Source of the DNA: Octopus sinensis
Taxonomy: Eukaryota
DNA: 64,000 bases
Reading direction: 5' to 3'
Assembly (NCBI RefSeq): GCF_006345805.1
Contig: NC_043011.1
Coordinates: 41,180,464 to 41,244,463, forward strand
In this document: piece by piece, positions 12,060 to 25,839 of the stretch
Numbering within the stretch: position 1 is the first letter of the stretch
Layout: each line of letters opens with the position of its first letter
The notes under the pieces: model-generated
The model's database searches: none
Told to the model about the DNA's origin: nothing
Seen by the model: the letters and a program-made list of their open reading frames with translations, nothing else
Made by a program: the position numbers and the translations under genes

Positions 12060-12400
12060 CAAATGGCCAAAATGGGGGATCCTCAGAAGGGTCTCTGGAG
12101 TAATGCTACTCAATAGAAAAAGTGTAGCTTAGAAATCAGAGAGACACTCCAGGTAGAGCCACCACTTCTTTGAATTGAGAAATCACAGCTCAAATCCATG
12201 GACAAAGAATTGCTGGACAATTTTTACAGGCAAAAACCAACCGGCAAGAAACCCAGGGGTAGATCACAAGCAAGATGGTTGGATGATAACATCCATGAAC
12301 TCGGATTGGTCTCACTTGAGGATCCAGCTGGATTCACCCCACCACTACCACAACCCTCCCAGGAATAAGTGGATGAAGATGAGATGAGATGAGACTGGAA
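12060..12400 (+). mobile_element. Decayed RTE-clade LINE 3' ORF fragment
   Basis: LRRVSGV..., EIRETLQVEPPLL*IEKSQLK and KPTGKKPRGRSQARWLD resemble the RTE C-terminal RPRGRP..RW region; stops and frameshifts present. Confidence 0.65.
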
Positions 12401-13579
12401 ACATATATGATGGTACTACTTGTATTAAGGCAATACTTGCTTACAACTATCACATAATATCAGGACTACCCCACCCCACTTCTCTCATACATTAACCCCT
12501 CATTTCTTAGCATAAAGCCACCCCATTTCCTTGGGTTTTGGAGTCTTGTGAGTGCATGGCAACTTCACTAGTGTTGGTGACATGAAAAGAGCACTCAATA
12601 CATGCTGTAAAGTTGTTAAGAAGGGCATCCAGCTGTACAAACTATGCCAGAGTCAACATTGGAACAGGACTCAATCATTAGATCCATTGAATCCTATCAA
12701 ACAATCCAACTCATGCCAGAATGTAATATAGATGTTAAATGATATATATATATATATATATATATGGATATCCTGTTGCTTATTTTGATTTTAATCATCT
12801 TATTTTGAAACTGTATGGATAATACACTCTCAGAGTGGTTAGCGTTAGGAAGGGCATCCAGCTGTAGAAACTCTGCCAGATCAAGATTGAAGCCTGGTGC
12901 AGCCATCTGGTTCACCAGCCCTCAGTCATACGTTCAGCCCATGCTAGCATGGAAAGCAGACGTTAAACGATGATGATGATGATGATGAATACCGTACTAA
13001 ATTCTGGTGCCTCAACCTAAGTACCTAATTCATCTGAATCTAAATTATATATATATATATATATATTTTAAGGTAGCTGGCAGAATCGTTAGCACACTAG
13101 GTGAAATGCTTAGTGGTATTTTGTCTGCTGTTATGTTCTGAGTTCAAATTCTGCCAAGGTCAACTTTGCCTTTCATCCTTTCAGGGTCAATTAAATAAGT
13201 ACCAGTTACACACTGGGATCAATGTAATCAACTTGTCTGTCCCCTATATGTTTAGCTCCCTGTGTGCAATAAAGAAATAAATGATATATGCGTGTGTTTG
13301 TTTGTGTGTGTGTGTGTGTGTGTATCAGCAATTATGCAGCACCAGCATGGGTGCATTAGTGCCGGTGCTGTGTAAATGCAGTGGTGCCAGTGGCATGTGA
13401 AAAGCACCCAGCACACTCTGTGAAATGGTTGTCATTAGGAAGGGTATCTGGATATAGAGACCATGCCACAACAGAGGTTAGGAGTGCCGGAGAGCTCCCT
13501 ACTAGCCAGCTGCATGTCAAACTGTCCAACCCATGCCAGCATGGACGATGGATGTTAAACAAGGATGATGACGATAAGA

Positions 13580-13915
13580 GGTGACCCCCTTCAGTCATAA
13601 ATGACCATGGGACTGCACCTAGAATGTTCCCTTCCGAGGCACAAGTCCAGGCAAGGTCATTTATGGAAGACCAGCATTCCCCCATGCATACCAGCCTCCC
13701 CTCTCCATGCCACTGATGATATCCAAGGGAAATGCAAAGGGGTTGATGCAGCTTTGCACCAGTGAGTTGCAACTCATTTCTACAGCTGAGTGAACTGGAG
13801 CAACGTGAAATAAAATGTCTTGCTCATGAACACAACACGCAGCCCGGTCCGGGAATTGAACTCACAACCTCACGATCATAAGCTCAATGTTCTGACCACT
13901 GAGCCATGCACCTTC
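13580..13915 (-). mobile_element. tRNA-head SINE with CORE-like domain
   Basis: Minus-strand GGCTCAGTGG..GTTCAATTCC head followed by GAGCAAGACA..CTCAGCTGTAGAAATGAG; second copy at 58165-58508. Confidence 0.65.
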
Positions 13916-13931
13916 ACAATGACAATGATGA

Positions 13932-14020
<89 letters not shown>

Positions 14021-16009
14021 CTTCCCAACCGAATTGTTGTGGATTAATAGGCACAATAGTGGCTGAATGGTAAGAAGTTCGCTTTCCAACCAAATGGTTC
14101 TAGGTTCAGCTCCACAGTATGGCACTTTAACCAGGCATCTTCTCCTATAATCTGAGGCCAACCAAAGCCTTGTAAGTTGATTTGGTGGAAACTGAAAGAA
14201 GCCCTATGTATGTATGTATGTATGTACGCCTGTATGTGTGTGTTTGTTACATACACAACAGGTTTTTTTGCTTTCTATTTCCAAAAAAACCAAATCCACC
14301 CGCAAGGCTTTGGTCAGCCTAGCATTGGCTATAGTAGAAGACACTTGTTCACGGTGCCATGCAATTATATTCCAATGAGTAATTTGTATAAACTCGTGTG
14401 AATAATTGGTACAAACGCGTGCGCCAGACCAAATCTAGACACATAAGTGTGCATAGAAGTTAAAAGTTACCCAAGCATGGAACATTAATCTAACAGAATG
14501 AACACAAGAAATTATCTAGTTACATCTCAATGAGTTTCAAAGACTCAAAAGCAATGGAGCAGAGAAGATAAGATGAAGTGGTAATTATATAATTAACTAG
14601 CTTAGTAATGGCTGAGTAATAAATTAATTCCATTCACAACTAAGTGATGCAAGGTTCAATCCTAAGGCAAGCCACATTTAGCAAAAGAGTCTGTGCATGA
14701 AATTTCAAAGATGGAAACTACAGAATATCATATTCTGTGTGTTTGTGTGTGTATATCTATTCTTTTATTTGTTTCAAGTCATTTGACTGAGGCCATGCTG
14801 GAGCACCGCCTTTAATCGAATGAACAGACCCCAGAACTTATTCTCTGAAAGCCTAGTACTTATTCTATCAGTCTTTTTTGCCGAAGCGCTAAGTTATGGG
14901 GACATAAACACAACAACATCAGTTGTGAAGTGATAGTTGAGGGGGGGGGGGGGAAACACAGATACACAGGCTCCTTTCAGTTTCCGTCTACCAAATCCAC
15001 TCACAAGTCTTTGGTCAGCCTGAGGTTATAGTAGAAGACATTTGCCCAAGGTGCCATGCAGTGGGACTATACCCGAGTACATTGTTCTTTTATAAAACAA
15101 ACCTCTTATAAAAACACATTAAGGAGGCAATAGATCTCTTACACTGACTACATACGAAGCCACTTTGAGGCAATGAACCTCTTACTCAAGTCCATTTAGG
15201 TATCAAAAATACAACCGTCTTGCCTGACCAGACTTCTCGCCTCAGAAAAACACCTGGCCGGCTCCAAGTCAGGCCAATCTAATATAAATCTATAGGTATC
15301 CTTGGGGAAGGAGTCCATTATCCTGAACAGGTCGCTGCATTTCAACATGTATAAGGAACCCTTTTTTGTCAAAAAGTAGGTTAAAACCATGGGAGTTTCT
15401 TATATATGGATAGTATTATAATACCTTACAAAACCGTTTTTCCAAATTTTAAGCCCCAAAATTCAGGGTGTTCCTTATACACCTTAAAATAAGGTACTTT
15501 CAAAACATCATTGCACTTAGTTTGGTGCTCTACCGATCCTGTCATTGTTGGAGGTCATTTGGAACTGATGATGACCTACGATCAAGAACATTCCACTCAG
15601 GACCATCCCATCTCCTTTTAAGACAGTAGAATGTGATCTGAGGAAAATGTATGAAAAGCACTTCAGCCTTGACTATCGATGGGGGAGTAATCCGAAAGAA
15701 ATCCATTGAAGGTGTTCCAACCGCGACTATCCCGTCTTTTATACGACATGAGTGTGTGACATGAAGGAAATGTGGCTGCTATTTCTGGCGAATCGAGCAA
15801 CCATTTAAAAGTGTGCTCTAAGATAATAAACATTGTAAACGCTGGGACACATAATATTGTCTCCAAAGTGTGCACCTGTGTGCGCTCACACATTTTACAT
15901 CTAGCGCACAAAAAATTTTCAATCGTTTCTTTTTCCTTTTCTTTTTTTATTGAAGATGACTACTTGCATGGATGCACTCATACTTTGCAAAGATAGACAA
16001 AATTCACAC

Positions 16010-16245
16010 ATCATCATCATCATCGTCATTTAACGTCCGCTTTCCATGCTAGCATGGGTTGGACGGTTCAACTGGGGTCTGGGAAGCCAGAAGGCTGCAC
16101 CAGGCTCCAATCTGATCTGGCAATGTTTCTACGGCTGGATGCCCTTCCTAACGCCAACCACTCCGTGAGTGTAGTGGGTGCTTTTTACGTGCCACCGGCA
16201 CAGGTGCCAGACGAGGCTGGCAGACGGCCATGATCGGATGGTGCA
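16010..16245 (-). mobile_element. SINE 3' part with RTE-like (GAT)n tail
   Basis: GGCGTTAGGAAGGGCATCCAGCC domain and CATGCTAGCATGGAAAGCGGACG..(GAT)n tail; family repeated many times in the window. Confidence 0.75.
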
Positions 16246-16332
16246 AGCAAATATCAGAAAGAGAGAGAGAAATCACTGGACACAAGGCCAAACATTTGGA
16301 GTGAAGAGGAGAAAAAGTCAATTATATTAACT

Positions 16333-17369
16333 CGGTTAATGTAAAGATCTCCACCAGGGAACGAAAAAATAGTAATAAACCAGCCTGGTGGGTGTTAACA
16401 AGTATGTAAAAAGAAATATGGAAACAAACAATGTGCGCTGACGACCCCCGGGGTGGGGGCGGAGGGGGCTTTCGGAAAATTCACAAGATCCGATTTTTCC
16501 GTCATAACTTCCAGTAAAATGGATATATATTGATTTTTTTTTCTTTTACGGAATCCCACGTTTTTGGTTATGGAGGATCCAATTCGGAAAAATCTTTTTC
16601 AAAAATCGCATTTTCAAAATTCCGATCACCCCTTATATACCACCACCCACCACTTTCATTTTTCACTTTTCCGGAAGCATTTTTTTTTTTTTTTTTGCGA
16701 AATACGTAGAAAAATACGAAGGTTACGATTCTGAAAAAATTTAATTTAAATTTGAGTTTATTTTTTCCATATTCTTAATCTCGGTATTTTCCCACGTAGA
16801 TTGATGGGGAAAAAATTCGAAAAAAAGTTTTTTTTTAAAGTTAAAAAACAAAAAAGAAACACTAATTTCACATGAATTACTTTGTCATATTACGACGGGA
16901 AATTACTCTGAAGGAAATTTTTGCAGAAAGGTGAGTACATTGATTGCATAATGTTATCAAAGTTTTGTGAGATTTGGCTGTTATTTCTAGCATGTGGATA
17001 GCCTGCTTGAAGGCCTGAGGGTATATATACAGAGTGATTCAAAAGTCTCCATACATAGGAAAAATTTATTTTTTTATATGAAACAGTTTATAAGATCCCC
17101 TGATCAGACCCATTTTAATTTCTATCTCTATTATTAATAATCTTAAATATATAAGAGAGTAAAGAGAGAAAAAAGAGAGAGATCCATTTTACCGGAAGTT
17201 ATGCTGGAAAAATCGGATCTTGTGAATTTTCCGAAAGTCCCCTCCCCACCCTCCCAGGGTCATCAGCACGTATTTTTTTTATTTTTCATAGTCGTTTCCT
17301 ACATACTTGTTAACACCCACCGGGCTGGGGTTTTTTTTTTTGTTCCCGGGTGAAGATCTTCATACTGAC
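16333..17369. mobile_element. About 1-kb fold-back element with about 190-bp terminal inverted repeats
   Basis: 16333-16524 and 17182-17369 are diverged reverse complements (e.g. TTCGGAAAATTCACAAGATCCGATTTTTCC / GGAAAAATCGGATCTTGTGAATTTTCCGAA). Confidence 0.75.
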
Positions 17370-17529
17370 CGCTAATTTGTCCCCGCCCCTGGGTGAAGAT
17401 CTTTATATATTCGCCATTTTGTGTTACCGTCCTCGAAAGGCTGGAAAATAAAATAAACACGCAGAATTACTACAGCGGGATTTGAACGTAGAGTGTAAAG
17501 AGCCAAACTAAAATAACAAATACTAAATA

Positions 17530-17920
17530 GGTGCAGGAGTCGTTAAGTGGTAAGGAATTTGATTCCCAACCACATAGTTCCGGGTTCAGTCCCACTGCGT
17601 GGCAACTTGGGCAAGTGTTTTCTAATATGGCTCCGGGCTAACCAAAGCCTTGTGAGTGGATTTTGTAGACGAAAACTGTGAGGAAGCCCGTCGTGTGTGT
17701 GTGTATGTGCGTGTGACTTTGTGTTTAGCCCTCATTACCGTTTGACAACCGGTATTGGTTTGTTTACAGTCCGACGACTTAGCAGTTCAGCAAAATGGAC
17801 CGACAAAATAAGTGCCGGGCTTTAAAAAAAATAAGTACTGGGGTCGAGTTGTCCGACAAAACCCTTCAAGGCAGTGCCCCAGCCTGGCCGCAGTCCAACG
17901 ACTGAAACAAGTAAAAGGTA
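17530..17920 (+). mobile_element. Full-length tRNA-derived SINE
   Basis: GCAGGAGT..GTGGTAAG head, GGTTCAGTCC B-box, internal (GT)n, GACTGAAACAAGTAAAAG tail. Confidence 0.8.
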
Positions 17921-18196
17921 AGCAAATTTCTGTGCACACATAGGGAGAGTTTTGGGAACAAGACCAGAAATTTGGAATGTAACAGAAAAAAAATCGATTA
18001 TATCGACATCAGAACTATGCTTGATATTTTGTATTTAGTTCTCGGGGAAAGGGAAAAAAAGTAGAATAAAATGACCTCGACGGGATTTGAACTCAGAACC
18101 GGAATAAATAGATACTACAGAAGTATCTATTCCGGTTCTTCACCTTCTGAGTTCAAATCACGTCGAGGTCATTTTATTCTACTTTTTTTTCCTCCT

Positions 18197-18505
18197 TCTC
18201 CCCTCGTTTTTAATTACCTCTCCCTTCTCTCTCTTTACCTCTTCATCTTCCTCTCATATTTTCCCTTCCCTCCTTCGTTCTTTTCTTTCTCTCTGGGAAA
18301 CGGAAGACTCAACTAATATGTCGAACACACACTGCTCCTATGTTTGTGTAAAGTTTATAGTTTCGTCAGCGTATGTTCGACATATTAGTTGAGTCTTCCG
18401 TTTCCCAGGAAGAAAGAAAAGAACGAAAGGAGGGAAGGGAAAATATGAGAAGAAGATGAAGAGGTAAAGAGAGAGAAGGGAGAGGTAATTAAAAACGAGG
18501 GGAGA
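18197..18505. repeat. Near-perfect 131-bp inverted repeat with 46-nt loop
   Basis: 18197-18327 vs 18374-18505, about 3 differences. Confidence 0.9.
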
Positions 18506-18806
18506 GGGAGAAAGTTAATGAGTGGAAGAGAGAGAAGAGAGAAAAAGCAGCAAAGGAGAGGAGAAGACAGAGGAGAGAGAAAAAGACGGGGGAAGGGAGA
18601 AAGTTTATGAATGGAAGAGAGAGAAGAGAGAAAAGGCAGCAAACGAGAGGAGAAGACAGAGGAGAGAGAAAAAGACGGATGGAGAGAGGGAAGGCAGAGA
18701 ACGGAGAGAAAGAGAGGAGAGAGGGAGGAATGAAGACAGAAATAGAGGGAGGAAAAGAAAGGTGGGAAAAGAGAAAAAGAAAGACGAGAAAGGGCAAAGA
18801 GGACAG
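18410..18806 (+). repeat. Polypurine tract containing an about 87-bp direct repeat
   Basis: Almost exclusively A/G on the plus strand; 18506-18592 is repeated at about 18595-18680. Confidence 0.85.
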
Positions 18807-19197
18807 AAATGCCTCCAGGTTTTATAGTTATAGACACTATATATAAATACATACGTATATGAGGACACACACACACATACATACATACACGCAAGCACAC
18901 ATACATACATGTGCTGTGGATATGCGTTAAACGTTGATGCATTTTCTTAATCGGGAACGAAACCCGAGATCCGTTTTTTTTTTATTTCGGAGGAAAGGAG
19001 GCGAGAGTGGGGACCCGAGATCTTCATGCTGTACCGCTTGCTATTATCGGTGAAGTAGGTAAAGTCATCGATGACAGAGCAGTGTTGAAGATTCTCTCCT
19101 CAGTAATAAAATGTCATACCAGATAAGATAATTACATACATGAATACATCTAAATATATTGCGTAATATGTGTGTATAACAAAACAGACAGACAGAC

Positions 19198-19238
<41 letters not shown>

Positions 19239-19285
19239 CACAAACAGTGAAGAGAAATAATATATATATATATATATAATATATA

Positions 19286-19317
<32 letters not shown>

Positions 19318-19499
19318 GAAAGAGAGAGAGGGAGATCAGTACATCTCAATGCCATTGAAGGACAAAGTATTTTTCATTCAATCACTGTTCAACCGACAAG
19401 TTATGCATTTGTGTGTGTGTAGATAGGTAGATAGATACGTGTAACTAGCAATTAATAACAGAATCGTAAAGCCGTCGGAAGAAATTGCATTGTTTAATT

Positions 19500-19903
19500 G
19501 GCGATCTTTCGTCTCTAGTAGACCTTTCCGTCGATTTCCGTAAATTTTTTTTTTTTTTACATATGGGCTTGCGGGAACTTTTGAAGTAATATACATACAT
19601 ATACACACACACCGAGTAAAAAATTTCAGTTATCTCTTTCTTTCACACATACTAACAGAAGCACTTCACTTACACAACATACTGTCTGTCTCCCACACCC
19701 CATCAAACACACACACACACACACATGTACATCAATGCTTCCCATGCACGGTAACTTCAAAAGAATTTCCCTCGTCATACAATCGCTTTCTCTTAGTCTC
19801 TTTCGCTCTCATTACTTCAAAAGTTCCCGCAAGCCCATATGTAAAAAAAAAAAATTTTTTTACGGAAATCGACGGAAAGGTCTACTAGAGACGAAAGATT
19901 GCC
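19500..19903. repeat. Near-perfect 91-bp inverted repeat with 220-bp spacer
   Basis: 19500-19590 vs 19811-19903 differ by about one substitution and by homopolymer length. Confidence 0.9.
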
Positions 19904-22900
19904 TGTGGAATTTTTTACGTTCTGAGTTTAAATCCCGCCGAGATCAACTTTGCCTTTCACCCCTTCTGTGAGAATCGATTCGACAAAAAAAAAGGGGGGA
20001 GATCCATTCAAGTACTGAGGTCGATGGATTAATGGCCTTGAAAGCTTAAATTAATAACAACCTCTCCATTGTGACTTGAGTGCACGCAGGAAAGATCATA
20101 GATAGTTACGGACTTAATAGTAAAAAAGAAGCAATGATGGAGCTTCTACGTGGCCGTTCGAGAGGGTAGAAATAGCAGCCAAATACAATCACAGGCGACC
20201 ATTAAAAAAAAAACGTAAGGTCGATACACTCGATAAAATAGTCTTAAATACACTGTGCGGATCTTTACTAAGAGTAAAAGATGTTTTATATGACACATTC
20301 TACCAGTGTCCAAAGTTTGAAAGTGTTTAGTTACAAAAAATTATTCTTTAAATCTGTCGGTCAAAAGGTAAAGATCCCACTGTGCTTGTCTAAAGACAAA
20401 ACGGTCGTAACTGGAACGTCTTTTGAGCCTAGTACTTATTCTATCAGTCTTTTTTGCCGAACCGCTAAGTTATGGGAACATAAACACACCAACATCAGTT
20501 GTGAAGTGATAGTGGTGGGGGGACAAACACAGACACACGGGCTTCTTTCAGTTTCCATCTTCCAGATCTACTCGCAAGTCTTTGGTCAGCCTGAGGTTAT
20601 AGTAGAAGACACTTGCCCAAGGTGCCACGCAGTGGGACTGAACCTGGAACCATGTGATAGGAAGCAAGCTTCTTACCACAGTCACACCTGCACCTATATA
20701 TATATATTCTTTTACTTGTTTCAATCATTCGACTCTGGCCATGCTAGAGCACTTCTTGAAGGGTTTTAGTCGAAGAAATCGACTTTTTTTTCTTTTTAAG
20801 ACATGGTACTTATTATATCAGGTTCTTTTGCCAAACCGCTAAGTTATGGGAATGTAAACGTACCAACACCACTTATCAAGCAATGGTGGGGAACAAACAA
20901 ACACACACACACACGATGGGCTTCTGTATTCAGGAATAATAGTGAGGTGGGTTAAACGACAACAACCAATAATTCTTTTTCCGTTTGTTTTTATTTTTAG
21001 TGCCTATTGTTTCAGTCAGTGGACAACGGCCATGCTGGGGCACTGCGTTGAAGGGCTTTAGTCGGAAAAATCGATCCCAGTACGTTTTTAAAAGGTTTTG
21101 TGCTTAGTGTATCGATTTCTTTTTGCCGAACCACGAAGTTATGAAGAAATAAACAACCCAACGCCAGTTGTCAAACAAAGGGGCAAATAAACACAAAGCG
21201 ATAGAGACACACACACACATACGGGCTTCATACAGTTTCTGTTTACTAAATTCACTCACAAGGCATTGCTTGGCCATGAGGCTATAGTAGAAGACATTTG
21301 CCCAAGGTGCCGTGCAGTGGGACTGAACCAGAAACCACGCGGTTACGAAAGGACTTCATCCTACAGGCGAATAATGAAATAAAGTTCCAATCAAGTACTG
21401 GGGGTCAACATCCGCCGGTTAACCAACCTCCCCTGCAGATTTCTATTCTTGTTCCTATCATGTAAGAAATTATTCGTTAGAACGTCGGACAAAATGTCTT
21501 GCACTATTTCTAAAGTCCTTCAACGTTTCGAGTTCAAATCCTACTGAACTCAACTTTGCCCTTCGTCACTCCGAGATCGATAAATTAAAATAAAATACCA
21601 GTAAAATGACTATGGTTGGCGTTGTCGACCAAGACCTCTCCGTAAAATGTGTGGAGTTGTGCCTGAAGACTCGTTAGCATGTTGAACAAAATGCTTTCTA
21701 GTATTTCTTCCAGTTCTTTTCGTTCTGGGCTGAAATTCCGCCGAGGTCGACTTTGCCTTTTATCATCATCAACCCCTGGAGATTACTATCTCGAACCCTA
21801 GGTTTACATTGCGCGTAATCCTTTCAGGGTCCATAAAATAGTATCAGTCGAGCGTCGGTGTGATCGACTAATCCCCTTCGCCCAAAATTTCAGACCTTTG
21901 TGCCTTTAGTAGAAAGTATTATTACAATAATAATTTCTAATATAATCACAAAATAAAACAATCTTGTACAGTGGATAAAGATGGTCTTTATATCGACCCT
22001 TCTTTCCACCTAATTAACTGATAACAATTTATGGAACCCCTTCAAATGACGAAGGGTATAAGAAATTCACCCAATCTATAAATAAATAATCATTTTTTAC
22101 GCAAGTGACCACTAAGATTAATTAAACTGAGTTAATTATTACTGTTTTACGGTATAATTTGATGGAGAAAATCCTTTATTTTAATTTTGGAAAATGTACA
22201 TTTGATAAACAATGTCATTTTATAAGATTTTGCTGGAAATTTTTTTAATTAACATAAACATTTATTTACAGACAGAAAATTACCGGAAAACTTTCATTTA
22301 ATTCTTCCTAATATTTCTGTTAAAACTGTATTGAAACCCTGTATTGGGCTTTCGAGGGATTCCGCAGACGTGAAGTGTAAACAATACTTTATGAAATAAG
22401 GGAGCCAGTAATTATTGAGACTAATTATACAGACTTAATTACGGTTTTATAGTATATTCTATTAATAATAAAACACCATACTTTAGAATTTGGGGAGACA
22501 TTCGGTGATTCTAGTATGTAGTTTCTATGTGGTCCCATCCGTTCTGTAAAGGTGAGAGTTGATTAACCTGCAGATCCGACGTCTCTTTTAACATAGTAGG
22601 GTGTGATTTGAAGGGGGATTTGGCTGTTGTTTCGGGTAGGTCTAACCATCATAATCCCCTTACCAGCTCGTTTTAGATGGGTAGCTAGCACAAAAACCAT
22701 CAAATCTACCCCAGCACATAACATTGGGTACATCGTTAAGTGCATGTGTATTATATAGACACATATATTATTATTATTATCATTATTACATTACATTACA
22801 TTGGCAGATGTTTTATATTATCGATCATCGAAAGATGAATGAAGGACAAATATAATTCTTATTTATTCATATAATAATTAAAATATCTTTTCGTTCTGAA

Positions 22901-23520
22901 TTCGAAATCCGCCGCAGTCAATTACTTTTTTTTTTCTTTCATTCATCCGAGGTGGATAAATTAAATACCCAGTCAGGTAAAGGGGTGAATTTAACCGGCT
23001 AAACTCTACCCTGCCCGACTTCAAGTTTGAGATTTCGTGCCTATGTAAGCAATTATTAAAAACATTAACAGATGGAGATGATGGAAGGATGAGAGGTCGA
23101 AAGAAGTCAAACACAACCCGTGTGTGTGTACTTGCGCGTGCAACGTAAGAGAAATGAAAAAGCATAAATGACAAGGAGAAACTGATAATCTGCTTTTGAG
23201 GTTTAGCTCCATGAGGTCAGTCTACCCTGACATCAAGCAGACTTGACCATGCAGTATTCATCATGACATGCACAATGTCTCAAAAGACAACTACTTTATT
23301 CAATGTGTCCTTTCGTTTCATTTAAGACAACAGAAATTTGGCTGTTGTTTTTAGCACGTCCAGTGACCATGCAGAGAACCTCACGTAGGCTCCGAAATGT
23401 ATGGTCAATAAGTTATCAGTTAAAACACTGGTTCTCAACCCAGGGTCCACATGACCCTTAGGGGTCCAGATAAGATTTTGTTAAAATTTATGCAAAATAT
23501 TTTTTTTTAATTTTTTATAC

Positions 23521-23667
23521 AGGCGCAAGAGTGGCTGTGTGGTAAGTAGCTTGTTTACCAACCACATGGCTCTGGGTTCAGTCCCACTGCATGGAACCTT
23601 GGGCAAGTGTCTTCTTCAGTAGCTTCAGGCTAACCAAAGCCTTGTTAGTGGATTTAGTAGATGGAAG

Positions 23668-23699
<32 letters not shown>

Positions 23700-23875
23700 A
23701 CAACATCGCTTCACAACCGATGATGGTGTGTTTACGTCCCGTAACTTAGCGGTTCGGCAAATGAGACCGATAGAATAAGTACTAGGCTTACAATGAATAT
23801 GTCCTGGGGTCGATTTGCTCGACTAAAAGCGGTGCTCCAGCATGGCCACTGTCAAATGACTGAAAAAAAAAGTCA
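23521..23875 (+). mobile_element. Full-length tRNA-derived SINE nested in a hAT/Charlie-like MITE
   Basis: AGGCGCAAGAGTGGCTGTGTGGTAAG head to GACTGAAAA tail; MITE end CACTGGTTCTCAACC at about 23427. Confidence 0.75.
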
Positions 23876-24004
23876 AGAATTCCTAATAATATTTATAAAA
23901 ATATTACAGGATTTTTATAATATGGAATGGCTACGAGAATCACCCAGATTAAAACATGGATCAAAGAGGTCCACTGGTAAAAAAAAAATGGTTAAACTCT
24001 AGCG

Positions 24005-24196
24005 CAGTATTTCTCAACCATTCTTTTGCCTATAGTACCCATGATTTGTATTTTACTCCAGTGGGCCCCTATAGCCATCCATTCGACGTTTAGAAAATTC
24101 CTGTTAAAATATGTTGTGTACTGTAAAACATAAACAATTTATTGCACATAAATTGTAATAACAAAATCTTATATGGACTCGGATTGAGAACCACAA
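24005..24196. mobile_element. hAT/Charlie-like MITE
   Basis: CAGTATTTCTCAACC ... GATTGAGAACCAC termini. Confidence 0.55.
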
Positions 24197-24336
24197 GCCG
24201 AAATTGCGAAGATGATCCGGTTTCTGACTGAAGATTGAAGGCTTCGAATGTCCCGTCCGTGTTTTTTGTATCGTCTTCTAAATGTTTCACGTTCTTGTCC
24301 CAGTTTGTATTTTTTTACATTTACATATATATATTA

Positions 24337-24378
<42 letters not shown>

Positions 24379-24653
24379 GAGGTTTTTAGTATCCAGAACC
24401 CAAAATGGCAAGTAAGGCTACGTTAAGTGCTACCGAAGGACCGTAGTTAGGACCTCTACTGTCTCCCTCTATTTAACTCACTCATATCGTCTCTGATGTA
24501 GGGATATCCCTCATGTCCCTGAAACACCTGTACGAGTACCTTCCTTTTTATAAATGTCCTAGAGATTTCATACTGCTTTAGCTTTGTTACTCTCTCTCTT
24601 TTACTTGTTTCAGTCATGTGACTGTGGCCATGCTGGAGCATCGTCTCATTTTA

Positions 24654-24716
<63 letters not shown>

Positions 24717-24937
24717 CATACACCATTCATGTTTTGAGCTCTGTTGTTTGTACGACTATATATTGTCAGTTTCAAGGATTATGGATTAACTTGATGAGAC
24801 TCGGACTTCCAGCTTTATTCTAAATAATCTCACCATATACCTTTGAATTTGCCACACCGAGTGTGAGTGTGTGTATTTATATATGTACATATATCTATGA
24901 GTGTCTACGTATGTATGTGTGTATATATATATATGTA

Positions 24938-25165
24938 TTAGCGGCGAGCTGGCAGAAACGTTAGAGCGCCGGGTAAAATGCTCAGCGGTATTTCGTCTGT
25001 CGTTACGTTCTGAGTTCAAATTCCGCCGAGGTCGACTTTGCCTTTCATCCTTTCGTGGTCGATAAATAAAGTACCAGTTTTTGCACTGGGGTCGATGTAA
25101 TCGACTTAGTCCCTTTGTCTGTCCTTGTTTGTCCCCTCTATGTTTAGCCCCTTGTGGGCAGTAAA
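24938..25165 (+). mobile_element. tRNA-derived SINE (Meta-like), young copy
   Basis: Highly similar to 3956-4189 and 54235-54470. Confidence 0.8.
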
Positions 25166-25808
25166 GAGAGAGAGAGAGGAGAGAGATGGTGAGTACCCAA
25201 GGTACCCAGAAAGCAGGTTGGTGGTTTTGTTGGAGATGAACAGATGAAGATATCTTCTTGGCGGCTTATGTTCCATACGGAATTAAAGGATTAATTGGAA
25301 AGTGTTTCGTTATTTTTGTTGCCCTCGGGTGAGATGGATATTTTGCTATTTCTTCATCCATACCCAAACAAGATTACACATGTCTACACTTTGTTACCCC
25401 CAACACCTACGACTAAGTTACTTTATTTTTATAATACGTTTTCTTAAGGAAACTGTGCAGATATGTTTCCGTAGGTGTGAAATGACGATTATGTTGACAA
25501 ACAAATTATTAATAATATTATCATTATCAACATGAAAAAGAAAGGTATGATTAATAAATAAATGTATATGTATGTATATAAATATATACACACACACACT
25601 AGTTTACGTTTAGTCTAATACAATTCAGATCATAAGTATTTAGAAATGAAATAATATGCGTGAGGAAAAAGTTATGGGAAAGTAAAGAAGTCAGCGCTGA
25701 AGTACTAAACTGTAGTTATGCCCAAGTTTAACTCGTTAAGGACAAAACCTCACTTGGAGTAATGACAGAGGTGAATGATCAGTCTCCAGCAAATACATGT
25801 ACTACATG

Positions 25809-25839
<31 letters not shown>

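Noticed and set aside
18385-18942. 185-aa hydrophobic and 101-aa charged ORFs
   Set aside because: Translations of the polypurine/polypyrimidine tract.
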